Shown here piece by piece: positions 1 through 13,092 of a stretch of DNA of 64,000 bases (its first letter is position 1; each line of letters begins with the position of its first letter). The stretch lies in NCBI GenBank assembly GCA_965287045.1, contig OZ336875.1, positions 73,160,001-73,224,000 of the forward strand. The letters run 5' to 3'. Source of the DNA: Carcharhinus amblyrhynchos. Its lineage: Eukaryota. A program made the position numbers and the translations under genes. The notes beneath the pieces are model-generated. The model had not been told where the DNA came from, made no database searches, and saw only the letters and a list, made by a program, of their open reading frames with translations.

Positions 1-489
1 AGGGGAAAAAAATGACATTCGCAGTAGTTTTGAACACATGGTTACAGATCCTGCTATTAAACTAATTAGAATAGCATTAATTGTTACAGCACTGTTTTTT
101 CAGAGCATAAGCAGAGTTAATGCAGCTGCAAAAAATCTTGAAGACCATTTCAATTTAAAAGCCAGAAATGTAACAATGTCAGTCTGAAAACACTTGTTAA
201 AAAGATGTCTGGTAAAACTGCCTCAAGCTATACAAGCTGTTTTGTCTGAAGTGTAAACACACCAGGCAAAATTGATTTGCTGTCACTTAAGTCACCTTGA
301 AAACCAGTCTTTTATTTGCTTCCAGAACTTAGGTGGTCAACAAATTTTACTGCACATCTTAAGAAAAGGTGTTGGCAGGATATTGCTTAATAGGTAAACT
401 AAAAATCCTCAACCCTCACACAAGATGTAGATGATTACTCCGTACTCCCACTCAACAACATAACAGAAGACCTCTTAAAATGTGAATTA

Positions 490-1795
490 AGAACATAAGA
501 AATAGGAGCAGGAGTAGGCCATCTAGCCCTTCGAGCCTGCCCCGCCATTCAGTGAGATCATGGCTGATCTGAAGTGGATCAATTCCACTTTCCCGCTTTC
601 TCCCCATAACCCTTAATTCCCTTGTCTGTCAAAAACCTATCTACCCGTGACTTGAATATATTTAGTGAGGTAGCCTCCACCACTTCAACGGGCAGAGAAT
701 TCCGGAGATTCACCACCCTTTGAGTGAAGAAGTTTCTCCTCAACTCCGGTCTAAACTGCACCCCCCTTATCTTGAGGCTGCGCCCTCTAGTCCTGCTGTC
801 CTTTCTGAGCGGGAAGAATCTCTCTACCTCTACCCTATCCATCCCCTTCATTATCTTATACGTCTCTATAAGATCCCCCCTCATCCTTCTGAACTCCAAC
901 GAGTACAGACCCAGTCTATTTAGTCTCTCTTCATAGTCCAACCCCCTCATCTCCGGTATCAGCCGAGTGAACCTCCTCTGCACTCCCTCCAAGGCCAAAA
1001 TTTCCTTGCGCAAGTGCGGCGACCAAAACTGCACACAGTACTCCAGCTGTGGCCTCACCAGTATCCTGTACAGTTGCAACAAGACCTCCCTGCTTTTATA
1101 CTCTATCCCCCTTGCTATAAAGGCCAGCATTCCATTTGCCTTCTTGGTCACCTGCAGACTGGGTTTTTGCGACTCATGCACGAGGACCCCCAGGTCCCTC
1201 TGCACCTTAGCATGCTGCAGCTTTTCGCCCTTTAAATAGTAATCCCTCCTACTATTATTTCTGCCAAAGTGGATAACCTCACATTTGCTAACATTGTACT
1301 CCATCTGCCAGGTCCTCGCTCAGCCTATCCAGATCCCTCTGCAGACTTTCCACACCCTCCACGCAATTTGCTTCACCACTCATCTTCATGTCATCAGCAA
1401 ATTTCGTCACCCTACACTCAGCCCCCTCTTCCAGATCATCTGTGTAAATTGTAAATAGCTGAGGCCCCAGCACCGATCCCTGCGGCACTCCACTAGTCAC
1501 TAACCGCCAATCAGAATAGCACCCATTGATACCAACTCTCTGCCTCCTATTAGACAACCAATCCTCTATCCACGCTAACACCTTACCCCCAACTCCGTGC
1601 ACACTAACCTTCTGTAGCAACCTTTTATGGGGCACCTTTATCAAACACCTTTTGAAAATCTAGAAACACCACATCCACCGGTTCCCCTCTGTCTACCGCA
1701 CTAGTCACATCCTTATAGAAATCCAATAAATTTGTCAAACACGACTTCCCCTTAACAAATCCGTGCTGCGTCTGCTGTATCAAGTCATTCACAAC
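490..1795 (-). mobile_element. 5'-truncated CR1 LINE (RT and C-terminus, frameshifted), related to the young family at 46241
   Basis: Minus-strand ORF pieces [50 protein letters not shown] and LRNSLPVEVVEA. The 3' UTR ends ...ggcctactcctgctcctatttcttatgttc. Confidence 0.95.
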
Positions 1796-1964
1796 AGGGA
1801 CTAGCAACGTAACAGATGTTAATCATTGTAATAATAATGCACTGATTAATTCCTATCTTGATATTTACTGAAATGATATTACAATTCATCTGCCTGATAC
1901 AAATTGCGCAGAATATTTTTTGTTGCTCGGTTCTTTTTAATCATGGAAAATTCACCAAACTAAA

Positions 1965-2225
1965 GCGTGAACATTAGCAACCACTTGAATTAATATAGCC
2001 TTTTTAAGGTGATGTGTCCCAAGATGCTTGACAGGAATGTTTTAACATAGTTTGATAGTCAGAAATATTAGGGCAGGTGTCAAATGCTTGGATCAATGAA
2101 GCACATTTTGAGGCATGTGGAGAAGTGGAGAGAGTTCCAGATATTTGGGAAATTAAATTTGGGGATGCCAAAGAATTATGGAGCTAATTGGGAACAGCAG
2201 CAAAAGTGGATGGACTGCACAAGAG
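1965..2225 (-). mobile_element. Degraded L2-type LINE 3' end
   Basis: Reverse complement resembles the aagcgccttgggac...aaaggcgctatataaatgcaagt tail shared with the DeuSINE copies in this window. Confidence 0.45.
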
Positions 2226-2237
2226 TTCAAAATTTTG

Positions 2238-3090
2238 GAAAAGAACAAAAACAGCCCGGGTAAACAGGCCCTTCGGCCCAACAAGCCTGCGCCGCCATTT
2301 TAACATTACCAGTCCCCCCTCCACCCATGACCCTTATCTATGCTTATGGCATTCCACATTGAGGGAAACTAATTTAGGGACAATGTATTACCCCAAGTCA
2401 GCCTAATAACACATCTTTGGGGTGTGGGAGGAAACCGGAGCACCCGGAGAAAACCCACGCAAGCACGGGGAGAATGTGCAAACTCCCACAGACACTGGCC
2501 CAAACCCATGTGTCTGCACAGCAAACAGTGATAGTCACCTGAGCTGCCGTGTTGCCCAGCATCTGGTCCAGTTTAAGCACACACTAACGACCTGAAGCAC
2601 TAGGCTATTCTCAAACATCCAAGAGCAGCCCTAGTACGACCATCGCGTGTATGCCCCTCGTTGGACAACAAGGCGGACCGACTTAAAACCTGTGAATTAA
2701 AAGAGAAAAACATTAGCATCATTCCACATCCTTTTATGTTACCAGGGACGTCCCAAAGCTAATGAACCTTATTAAAAACAATCTTTTATATCCTCCCATC
2801 TCCAACCCACTCATGTGCCAGTCTAAGTAACTCTTAAACAACTCCAGCGTGCCTGCCTCCACCACCTCGCTTGGCAGAGCATTCCATACCCCACTACTCT
2901 GTGTGAAAAACCTCCCTCTAATATCCGTGTTATACCTCTTCTCCCCGCCCCCACCAAGTCCGTGGCCCCTCGTACTGTGTGTCTCTAACATAGGAAATAG
3001 CTTACCTCTGTTTACTCTAACTATACCCTTCATAATCTTATATACCTCTATTAGATCCCCCCTCAGTCGCCGTCTTTCAAAGAAACCAGT
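2238..3090 (-). mobile_element. 5'-truncated CR1 LINE with an unusual long 3' UTR (splice acceptor, structured RNA, embedded V-SINE)
   Basis: ORF2 C-terminus (STRGHGL..FFTQ..VWNALPSEVVEAGTLELFKSYLD) is followed by about 500 nt homologous to 19500-20019. Confidence 0.85.
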
Positions 3091-3420
3091 GTGACATCAC
3101 AGGAGAGCAGGTAAGTTGATTACTTGTGAGTATTTATTTTTCCTAGCTATGGCTTAAAATTAAGCTTTCAGTCTGAGTTAGTAAAATGGTAAATGGATGC
3201 TTCAGCTGAGTGTAGATTACACCAAAGTACAAGAGATTTTGGGGAGAGTGGGAATTTGTTGAGGTGGCAGGAAAGAGGTGCTGCTTGATGTAAGTTTTTA
3301 TTAAAAAAGCAAACCATAGGATTAAATTGAAACTATGGGTTATGTTACACTAAAGCTAAAACAAATAATTAAACTGAATAAATTAAAGGTTATTACCTAA
3401 GATCATGTCTCTAAGACCTG
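3091..3420 (+). mobile_element. Probable CR1 5' UTR fragment
   Basis: gtgacatcacagg..caggtaag..gtgagtattt motif resembles the 5' ends upstream of CR1 ORF1 at about 7800 and 32090. Confidence 0.5.
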
Positions 3421-4715
3421 AAGAGATCATAAACTGTTTAAATCAAACCTTACTTCTTGCTTATTTAAAAATGTGGATCTTGCTGAATAAAAATATGGCT
3501 GCTACAGGTTACATGATTCACAAGTTGGCTACAGTTTTTGGAAATTTCCAACAGATTTTGTAGGACAAATGATCAACTGTTATCCTTATAGAATCACTCA
3601 TCTCTCACTGTGAGGACACATTACAATCGATGAAACCCAAGACCAGCTGATGATCACTCTCTCTCTCCAGCCTGGTCCTGTAACAAGGGAAGGCCATCAA
3701 AACTTGTGACACCTGCAGAGATTCTAAAAGTCACCATTTATTTACTAAGTTGAGCAATGGATTTTGACCAGAGGCCTGAAACCTGGTCATTAGCCTGCAA
3801 CTGACTCACTTAAGGACAATATCACATGAATCAAGTTTCCGGCCTTTGGAAAGTTTTAATATTATATTTCTAGTCTGCTGTCTAACCTCCAGCCTGGAAA
3901 CACCACATTAGAACCCTAGACTGAGCAAGAGCCTGCATCAAGTTTGAGCAGCCTCTGAGCCTGTTTTACAGGAAGATTCTTGTCATCACCCGCCAGGCAG
4001 ACCAAGCCACTGTACACTAACTTGTCTTTCTGTGACACAAACAATTGAAAAAAAATTCTGCAAATCTTACTTCTCCTATTTGACCCCATCTGAATTGAGG
4101 TTCCTCCATGAAGGAGCTCTCACTAAACTGTGACTTTCTGAACTCTGACAATCATGTGAACTCCATTTCTGTGATGCTTTTCTTTCCTACCACATGTGTG
4201 TGTGATGTGTGAGGTGGTAACAGAAATTGACTAAGAAACAATAGAATAGTCTATGCCAATTTTCTTTCAGTTCGTGGGATGGAGTATGATTCAATTAACT
4301 TCAGAAATCTCTAATATTTCATCACCTGTTAATTCTTCAAGTCTTTGGCTTTGCCATGCACCTGTCCATTATCATTTGGCCTGATCAGGCAGTCCCTCTA
4401 TTCATCATCCATTCATGGCATGATAAGTAGGGGTTTGAACTCTTATGTTTTTGCCATGTTCTTTGTCACCAAGAGATGCTGAGGCCACTTTTAGTTCTTA
4501 CAATGTTGAGATAAGGTAAATCAGTATAGATCAATTGTTAAGCTAGGTCTGTTTATCACATGGCACATCTAGGTTTCAGTCTTTACTTGGTGGTAGCATT
4601 GCCTCTGAGTCAGAGGTTGTGCATTCGAGCCCCCGTCCAGAGACTTATGAACTTAGCTGAAGCTAATACTTCTGTGTACTGTTGGAAATGTCATTTCCTG
4701 ACTACCTTAAACAAG

Positions 4716-5845
4716 ATGTGGAGATGCTGGCGTTGGACTGGGGTAAACACAGCAAGAAGTCTCACACCTCCAGGTTAAAGTCCAACAAGTCTATTTGATA
4801 GTAAACTCTCAAGCTTTCAGAATGCTGTTCCTTCATCAGGTGAGTGGAAAGTTCTGATCAGAGAAGGGCATATAAAGGCACATACAGTTTACAGAATACT
4901 GATTAGAGTGCGAGTCTTTACAGCTAATCTGCTATTCAGGTCTTAAAGGTGCAGACAGTGTGAGTGGAGATAGCATTAAGCATAGGTTAAAGAGATGTGT
5001 ATTGTCTCCAGACAGGACAGTAGGTGAAACGTTGCAAGTTCAGGCAAGTCTGGGGGTTTACAGATAGTGTGACGTGAACCCAAGATCCCGGTTGAGGCCA
5101 CAACACCACACAACCCTGCCACAGCAACCTCTGCAGGACATGCCAGATCATCGACAAGGAAGACATCATCTCACGTGAGAACACCATCCACCAGGTACAC
5201 GGTACATACTCTTGCAACTCGGCCAACGTTGTCTACCTAATACACTGCAGGAAAGGATGTCCCGAAGCATGGTACACTGGGGAGACTGTGCGGACGCTAC
5301 GACAACGGATGAATGAACATTGCTCGACAATCACCAGGCAAGACTGTTCCCTTCCTGTTGGCGAACACTTCAACGGTCATGGGCATTCGGCCTCTGATCT
5401 TCGGGTAAGCGTTCTCCAAGGTGGCCTTCATGACACACGATAGCGCAGAGGTGCTGAGCAGAGACTAATAGCCAAGTTCTGCACACATGAGGACAGCCTC
5501 AACTGGGATCTTGGGTTCATGTCACACTATCTGTAACTCCCATGACTTGCCTGAACTTGCAACGACTCACTTACTGTCCTGTCTGGAGACAATACACATC
5601 TCTTTAACCTATGCTTAATGCTATCTCCACTCACATTGTCTGCATCTTTAAGACTTGAATAGCAGATTAGCTGTAAAGACTCGCATTCTAATCAGTATTC
5701 TGTAAACTGTGTGTGCCTTTATATGTCCTTCTCTGATCAGAACTTTCCACTCACCTGGTGAAGGAACAGTGTTCCAAAAGCTTGTGGGTTTACTATCAAA
5801 TAAACTTGTTGGACTGCAACCTGGTGTTGTGAGATTTCTTACTAT
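4716..5845 (+). mobile_element. Penelope-like element: GIY-YIG endonuclease fragment flanked by ~350-bp inverted pseudo-LTRs
   Basis: 5100-5535 translates CRTCQII..YSCNSANVVYLIHCRKGCPEAWYTGET..LRQRMNEH..LPVGEHF..AEQRLIAKF. 4750-5098 is the reverse complement of about 5493-5843. Flanked by the direct repeat cttaaacaag (4706-4715, 5846-5855). Confidence 0.9.
4806..4848 (-). ncRNA. Minimal hammerhead ribozyme motif in Penelope pLTR
   Basis: Minus strand reads ccactcac-CTGATGA-aggaacagcattct-GAAA-gcttgagag. The partner copy at 5747-5797 (+) has mutated cores (CTGGTGA, CAAAA). Confidence 0.6.
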
Positions 5846-7789
5846 CTTAAACAAGCCACGACTTTCCTTTTAGATGGATATAAAAGGTCCAACAGCATTA
5901 TTTGAAGAACAGTGGGGTTCTCTCTGATGCCTTGGGGAATATTTATCCTTTGACCAGCATTATTTTAAAAAATTCTGGTCATTAAATGTGATAGACCTAG
6001 CTTAACAATTGATCTATACTGATTTTCCTTATCACAACATTGCGAGGACTAAAAGTGGCCTCAACATCCCTGGGTGGGAAAGAACATGGCAAATTTGCTA
6101 TTTTTCTATATTACAAAAGTGGCATTACTTCCATATTATAAAACACGAGGTCATGAAATGTACAATATAAATGTAAGTTCTTTTATTCTCATAATCTAGA
6201 CAATTGGAATATTGAAATCGTAATTATATTTTGAATACCCGCTCAAGTAATTACATTCAGAATATGACAGTGAATTTTAATTGGCGAAAACCATTCACTC
6301 ATTCTGAAAGCATGCTGTGTATAATAAGAGATAATTGAAGGTGTAGATGGATCAGTTCGTCTCTAGTGATGTTGTGCAGCATTTTGCAATTCAAGGACAT
6401 AAAATGATTGTCAAATATGTCTTAAAGAGTCCATAATTTAAAAATAGATTTTGAAACCACAGTTGGAGGTCCAACTTGCTGCTCAGAGTTACCACAATAT
6501 ATGTGAAAGGACTAGAGGATGGAGATGTATGAGTTAACGAAAAGTAATATGCTCTTGGACCATGTTTGCTCATCTATTCCTGTCTGCAGCAGTTCCAATA
6601 CAGAACTATCACTGCCAGCTATAATCAGACTCTTGAATCCTGTACTGCAGTGCAGGACTGAATGATACAAGCCTAACTGTAGTTGTTCCTTTTGTTTATT
6701 CTATCAGCTTCTGCTGACAGAACTGTAGACAAAAAGGCTTTGGACAGTGAACATCCCTTTTGTCCCGCATTGGGGTTGCATCTATTATATATGAAACTTG
6801 TTGTATAACAAACCTTCACACATCAGAAACTCTTGGGTTCTGTTTTAAACGTAGTCTGCTGTAACTGTTCCCCATTACGCTTTGAGCAAAACAAGGTCAA
6901 GTTAACAAATTAAAGGGACACTAACAGAAAATGAAATCACACATCAGCTGCAGTACCCACCCACTGATTATGGAAGGCTTCAGTTGTGCAGGTGGACATC
7001 ATAAGCTTCCTCTCCAAGGCAGCTGGCGTGAACATAGCATTGGAAGAAGGGCAAAGAGTTGAGTTGGATGATCCCCCAACTACCCATTGATTGGACCTGT
7101 TAATAGTCAACTTAAGCAATCAGAGGTGTTTAACCAGTTGACCTCTAATCACAAACTTAACCTGTTTTGGATTATTATTTTCTATCCTGACAGCTGACCT
7201 CAATGTGGACAGCAATTGTAGAACTGTAAATGACCAAATTCCTTTTCTATTCCTTTTTTTCATGTGTGTGGATGGATGCTGGGTCCAATCAGATTCAGGA
7301 TCGAGTTCACTCTGTCACCAGTTTTGAAACTTACAATTATTCTGGAGGGGATAATTATACTTTACTGTCAGTCCTTGCTGATTTTGTTCCTGGATGGTCC
7401 AACTTAATTTTAAGATTTGCTCCCTTGTTCTGGATTCCCTCATCAGAAAAATAGCTACTCTGACGAATCCTCTTGCCTTAACAGAGGGTGGGCAGGAGAC
7501 CACAGAACTAAACGGCAAGAAGAATTGACACTTTAATTCAAGGAAAATAATACACCGATTAGTTTATCTTATTGAAACATGTGTATTCCACAATGAATTG
7601 CTTACAGAGTTGCAGTGTTATTTAAAAGGGGAGGAAATTGACAAATTTTTGATTTGGAGATTACTTTGTGTGACTGTCAGTTAATCCATGTGTATTTATA
7701 GAGAATGAGAACCGTTTGAAAAGGGCTGCTGAGAATGGCGCAGACTCCCTTCCAGAAAAAGGGTGCTGAGACCTAGCTGGTCTGAGGAC

Positions 7790-8730
7790 TGATTAGGTTC
7801 TGAGAAAAATCAGCAGGCAAACATTTAATTGAGTAGCAGGTGAGTATTTTGCTAATGTTATCTTTTAAAACTTGGGTAATGTATGAGTAATTTTAAGGAC
7901 TAATTGGTATTGATAAAGTTTTAGCAGTGATAAAGCTTGGTGGGAATGCCTGAGGTCATCCAATGCAAACACATCTTTCAAGTCTGTGGCTGGAAGAACT
8001 TCAGCTTGGAGCCATGAGGCGTTCCAGGAGGCAAGCACACCCATTTAGGATGGGGTCTTCTGATTTAATCAATGGTCAGGGGTAGACTGATGTATCAGTG
8101 AATGAGAGAGTGGGGATAAGAAGGTAGAAGTTCAAAAGCCTCACCTTCTGCAATTGTTCAATATGTTTGACGTTCTTACATCCTATGTGGATGAAACTGG
8201 CGCCTCAGAGTGGATGAGCAAACTGACTATCATCCCATGCTAAGGGTTGATACTAGGCGTATAGTGGTAGCAAGGGACAGTATAATCAGGAGGATAGACG
8301 CTGTTCTCTGTACAGCCAAGAGCAAGTGTCCAGATGACTCTGTGGCCTTCTGCCAAGGTCTGGGGCATGCACTTTGGGCTGGAGAGGAACGTGTACTGGG
8401 AAGGGGAGGACCCCGTAGTTGTGGTTGATGTAGATACCAAATTCATACATAGGAAAGAGGTCTGCTGAGGGAGTATGAACAACCAGGGGCTAAATTAAAA
8501 AGCAGAAGCTCAAAAATAATAATCCAGAGATGAGCCATGATCATAGGGTAAATTAGATTAGAAAATTAGTTGTGTGGCTCAAAGACTGATGTGGGAGAAA
8601 TGGGTTTTGATTATTGGGCACTGACACCTGTACTGGGCAAACTGGGAACTGTACCATTGGGACAGTCATCAATTGAGCAGTGCTGGGACCAAATGTTCTG
8701 GTGAGTCGTATAACTTGGTTGATGAAGAGG
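7790..8730 (+). mobile_element. Degraded CR1 5' UTR and ORF1 (SGNH esterase-like)
   Basis: RIVVARDSIIRRID (GDS motif remnant), a VVV.V.TN-like block and a lysine-rich LG.KLKSR segment typical of CR1 ORF1 esterase. Confidence 0.7.
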
Positions 8731-9914
8731 GCAGGTCATATCAAACAGTGACTATTTGGCTGTTCGCAAAGGCAAGGTACTCACTGTATTCAGCTAGTCC
8801 AACTCCCTTCTCATGAAGTATAATTTGTTATTCCTTTACATTTAGTATTCTTCTGACTATACTGATGACTACAAGATGAAAAATGATATGTCTCTTTTTG
8901 TTCAGTAATAATCTAGTTCTGTACTACCAAATGACTGCTAATATAAAGAATCTTCACATAATCTAATCTGGTGGTGGAAAGCTTCACTCCTTTCTTCTGA
9001 TATGTCATTGGATTTCTCACCTTTTGAGTGAGCAGAACAAGCAGACTGGGACTTGGCACACAACTCATTTCAAGAATGATAAATATGTACAAGCCCATTC
9101 TACAATTGGAAAGCAATGTTTAATCTTATCACACATTTAACTTGTCGACACAAGTGAATACTCCTTATAAAGCGGATGTGGGATGCACATAAATGCCAGT
9201 TCTTCACTGACATTAATTACAGTTTCCAGGAGTAATAACTACTGCCTCTGCAATCAAGTCAGGATATGACACTGCATTCAGTATCACAGTACGTTACCTA
9301 ATTCCAATTCACAATAGTACTTATGCAGAAAGATGATTTGTGAATTTTAAAAAATGGAAATCTTGAAGGCAAGAAGTGTGGTGCAGGGAGTAGTTTTCTA
9401 ATATGGGAATTAGATTACATGTAGAATTCATAAAAATTGGTGGAGATCATTTTGGTTTGAATTTGAACTTCAGTCCATAAGATGAAAGACAAATTGTTTT
9501 ATCCCTTTGTCCATATACTCTGACTCCTTTAGACTTTAAAATTGGATGTCTCTTTTCATGTACAATCTTCTGAGTTTCTGATGAATCATGTAGCGAATTG
9601 AAGTTAGATCACACACACTGGCACTGAATTTCTTTGAGAAATAAATAAATGCCAGTGATGTATTGGGTACTCAGTTGAAAGTACTGTATTCTCTAGCAGG
9701 CTACTCTCATTTCAATAGTAGTAGTGGAGGCGGAGGAAGAGGACTTTCTTTATCTAGATGTTGTTTATTACATTATGTTAAGAACATTATTATCTTGGCA
9801 AATTCACAAGGATATTGTGCTAAATTGGACGATTACTTTGATCTGGGCAAATTGATGAGGATCCTGCAGAAAAGTGGTTAAATTTCAATAATACATTGTC
9901 ATTAGGTTAAGTAG

Positions 9915-10200
9915 GTAGCACGGTGGTTATTGCTACGGCCTCACAGCACTAGAGACCTGGGTTCAATTCTAGCCTTGAGTGTGTGGAGTTTGAACGTTTT
10001 CCCCCTGTCTGCGTGGGTTTCCCACAGTCCAAAGTTAAGCAGGTTAGATTGATCAGCCATGCTAAATTGCCCCTTGGTGTCAGGGGAATTTGCAGGGTAA
10101 ATACATGGGGTCCTGGGGAATAGAGCCTGGGTGGGATTGTTGTTAGCGCAGGCTTGATGACCTGAATGATCTCCTGCACTCCAGGGATTCTATGATTCTA
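9915..10200 (+). mobile_element. HE1-type V-SINE with CR1-type tail
   Basis: tRNA head (gcacggtggtt..gggttcaattc), V-domain (tgtggagtttg..ctgcgtgggtttcc..cacagtccaaag) and tail ending attctatgattcta. Confidence 0.88.
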
Positions 10201-10307
10201 CGTTTGTACTCTTTACCAACTGAATGTAGTATATCTCAGTCAAAAACTCCAAAAATAGAATTTGATCTAAAGATCTGAGTTGTGTATCAGACGGACTCTC
10301 ATTGCAG

Positions 10308-10430
10308 TAAAAGCAAAATACTGTGGGTAGTGTTGATTGGAAACAAAAACATTTAGTGCTGCAAACACTTAGCAGGTCTGACAGCATCTGTGGAGAGAGA
10401 AGCCAAGTTAATTTTTCAAGTTCAATCTTC
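10308..10430 (-). mobile_element. Penelope terminal (pLTR) fragment
   Basis: aaaagcaaaatactg..cttagcaggtctgacagcatctgtggagagaga matches the termini of the Penelope copies at 26530, 30870 and 56874. Confidence 0.6.
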
Positions 10431-11499
10431 CCTGACCTGTCCTCCAGCTGTTAAGGCATGTCCAAAATGGAAGATTGAAATCTGGAGCTTTCCTCCACCC
10501 AGTTACCAGGTTGTGATAGGTGATGTTTGCAGTCAACCTGGAAATCCTCCATCGACAGGTGAAGCTGTTGTCAATTTGTAGGGTGTGGCATGTGTTTCAA
10601 TAAGACTGAGGTTTCAGGTGAATAAATTTTTTTTTGAGGTACTATGTCAATGGAAGTGCTTTGTTAGCAATCACCAGTTGTGCTCTTTGAAAAATGTCCC
10701 AGTGGACATCAGAATTACTAGCCAGGAAGCCTATTGAGCTATGTTGGTCCCAATACCCCCAAAAATAATCCTCACGAATTCCCGGAGTTTACTGTATTGT
10801 GGCATCAGCGCTCCACAAGTCCCTTGATGAAAGGCCCCTCATAAGATGATGGGAAATAGTGGAGAGGATTGACTTTGCGCACACCATCCAAAAACATTAA
10901 AAAATCCTATACTGCCTTGGAGCAGTTAAGCTATAACTTACCAGTCTAGGATCCATACTGACACTATCACTTAATAGTTCCAATAAATTCAAAAGATTCA
11001 GCAGAGAAAGGATAAGTTGAAATACTAGAAATTTAATAAGAAATATCCAAATGTATTTTATGGCTCTGCAATTTCTTTACAGTTTCATTCTGGGTCAAGA
11101 AAAATGCGTAAATGGAATTAGAAGTGATAGTTTACTGGTGCTAATAAAATGTCTGAGTGGAAAAATGAAATGATGCCTTTGTTTACATAGCTAGGCTGCA
11201 GTTCACAAACTGAAACAAGTAAGTTTACATTGCTCGTCTCTCTCTCCTTTCACTTCCCCAGTGCATTCCTGCATGCACCCTCAAGCCTCTCTGCTCTCCC
11301 AATCCTTTTCCCATCCATACTTCCACTCTTTTCTCGCCATAAGAGCATATGCACTTCTACATCAAAATTTTTATCTTCACTAATATAAAGTTTTTCCCTT
11401 CTTTCCCTCGATTCTTTATCAATCAGACTTCATTTTTTAAGACTCTTGTCTTTTCACTCCATCTGTCCAAGCATATATTTCTCTTTCCCTTATCTCCCA

Positions 11500-13092
11500 A
11501 TTTTATTGAAGTAGTGGCCGCGATTCTTCCAAATTGGGACGGGCAAACTGGAAGGTTTCTTCAGTCGCACATGGACATGTCATTGGCGTTGCGAGAGAGT
11601 GCTGATTCGCACTAGAACTTGGCCCAGTCTCTCAGGACCATGGCTGAGGGTACCCACAGCATTGACCAATTGCTAAGGGCCATGATTGGAGGCATGGGAA
11701 CAATGGTGGGCCTCCAGGACTGGCAGTGTCAGATGACAGAGAGGCTTCTGAAGCTCACTCTAGCTACCCCTCCATCCCAGAGGCCAACAAACATGCCCAG
11801 GGACAAGGGCATGCCAGAGCTCAGCCCAGGGTCTTCAACAATGTTCAGGCCATTACCAGTCCTTCTGAATCCCCCCTTCTTGACAGTGACATTTCTCCTG
11901 GACAGTGGCAGGACAGGATGACACATTGTCACGTGGTACCTGAAAGTTAACCAGGCCCCTTAAGAAGATACCTGCCAAGAGCAACAGGCCAGAGGGTATG
12001 GTCACCAGCAGTCCACGTGATGTGCAATCTGGGGGCACACTTAGGAATGGAAAGAAATGAAAGAAGAGACAGATAAGAGGACCACTAAATAGACACTGGT
12101 GAAATTTCAGACTTGTAGTGACAGGGAAGGTGGCATCATTTGTACACTGTAACTAATAAACGTGTCACCTCCATACTCACTGACCCATTAATATTATGTC
12201 AATCCTTTAAGCAGAGGGGACTCGGGGGAAGTGGGGAGCTATATCAACTCCTTGAGCCTCTGACCTTCCCACAGGGCCTCTGCACTCATTCCTAATTGGG
12301 GGTATTTAAGAGCAACAGTGTTAAACATCTGTCTTTGACAGCATCACCAGTCCAGGACTCCAATGGTCTGACCTCTGAGCCTCTACCCCTTAGTGACACG
12401 TGTAATCGCCCTTCAGGTGCTGAGGAGCACCACGGCTTTCCTCAGTGAGTTGTCATCGCTGTCCAGCCTTCCAATAAGACCTGCTAACACAGCCAACTCA
12501 GGCAAATCAACCTGATGTGATGCCAAGCTGACCCCTGGAGGGGGGAAATGGGAAGAATGCTGTAAGAGAGGAGATGAAGCCAAAGGATTGGGGGAAGGGC
12601 ATGGAAAGGAGCTCAGAATGATGATGTTCAGCCAGGCCACACTCATGTCCCGGAAGTGGGAGGAGAGAAAGGAACCCCCAAGCCCACCCTGAGCCACCAG
12701 TTCAGACACCACTACCCATAGGTGTTTTGCAATACCACTGTATACCCCAGTGTTTAACTCTTTTTTTATTCCTTGCTTCCTAATAGTGCTCAGTCCACCA
12801 GATTCCACTTTTCAGGGCCTTTCCCGCCCGTGTGACCTCTGGCTGGAGAAGCGGGAGTAACATGGGAAGCTGTTGAATTGGCCTAGCATGCTATTGAGAT
12901 ACTAAAAAGGGTATTTGAATATTAATAGCCTTCCCACTAGCCCAGGTCAGTAACTCGGTCAGGGCCCGCAGCGTTGCTGGGAAGGGTCATAATGGGTTTG
13001 GTGACTGGCACAGAACCCTCTTGCTGCCGACTCCTAATTGTCTGGGCCATTGCGATACCCGCCGAGACCTAGGGGACCAGAAAATCCCTCCC
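11500..13092. mobile_element. Degraded PIF/Harbinger-like DNA transposon remnant
   Basis: GC-rich block ending in gaaaatccctccc, the reverse complement of a GGGMGGGATTTTC-type terminal inverted repeat. Broken ORFs only; no catalytic motif is readable. Confidence 0.4.

Larger units (their letters stand above)
4585..6185 (+). mobile_element. SacSINE1-like DeuSINE (tRNA head), interrupted by a Penelope element and a templated insertion
   Basis: Head ggtggtagcattgcctctgagtcagaggttg; Deu-like body agatggatataaaaggtcc..tttgaagaa..aatatttatcc; tail ending tataaatgtaagttc. Collinear with the uninterrupted copy at 16470-16898. Confidence 0.65.

Noticed and set aside
720-1454. Recurring antisense ORFs over CR1 RT (also 46987-48636 and 52536-52968)
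   Set aside because: These are shadow frames of the CR1 coding strand and recur only because the elements are homologous.
9915-9975. tRNA genes at SINE heads (also near 38297, 40423, 50343, 63828)
   Set aside because: The cloverleaf is incomplete, and each head is a SINE 5' end, in most cases running directly into a SINE body.
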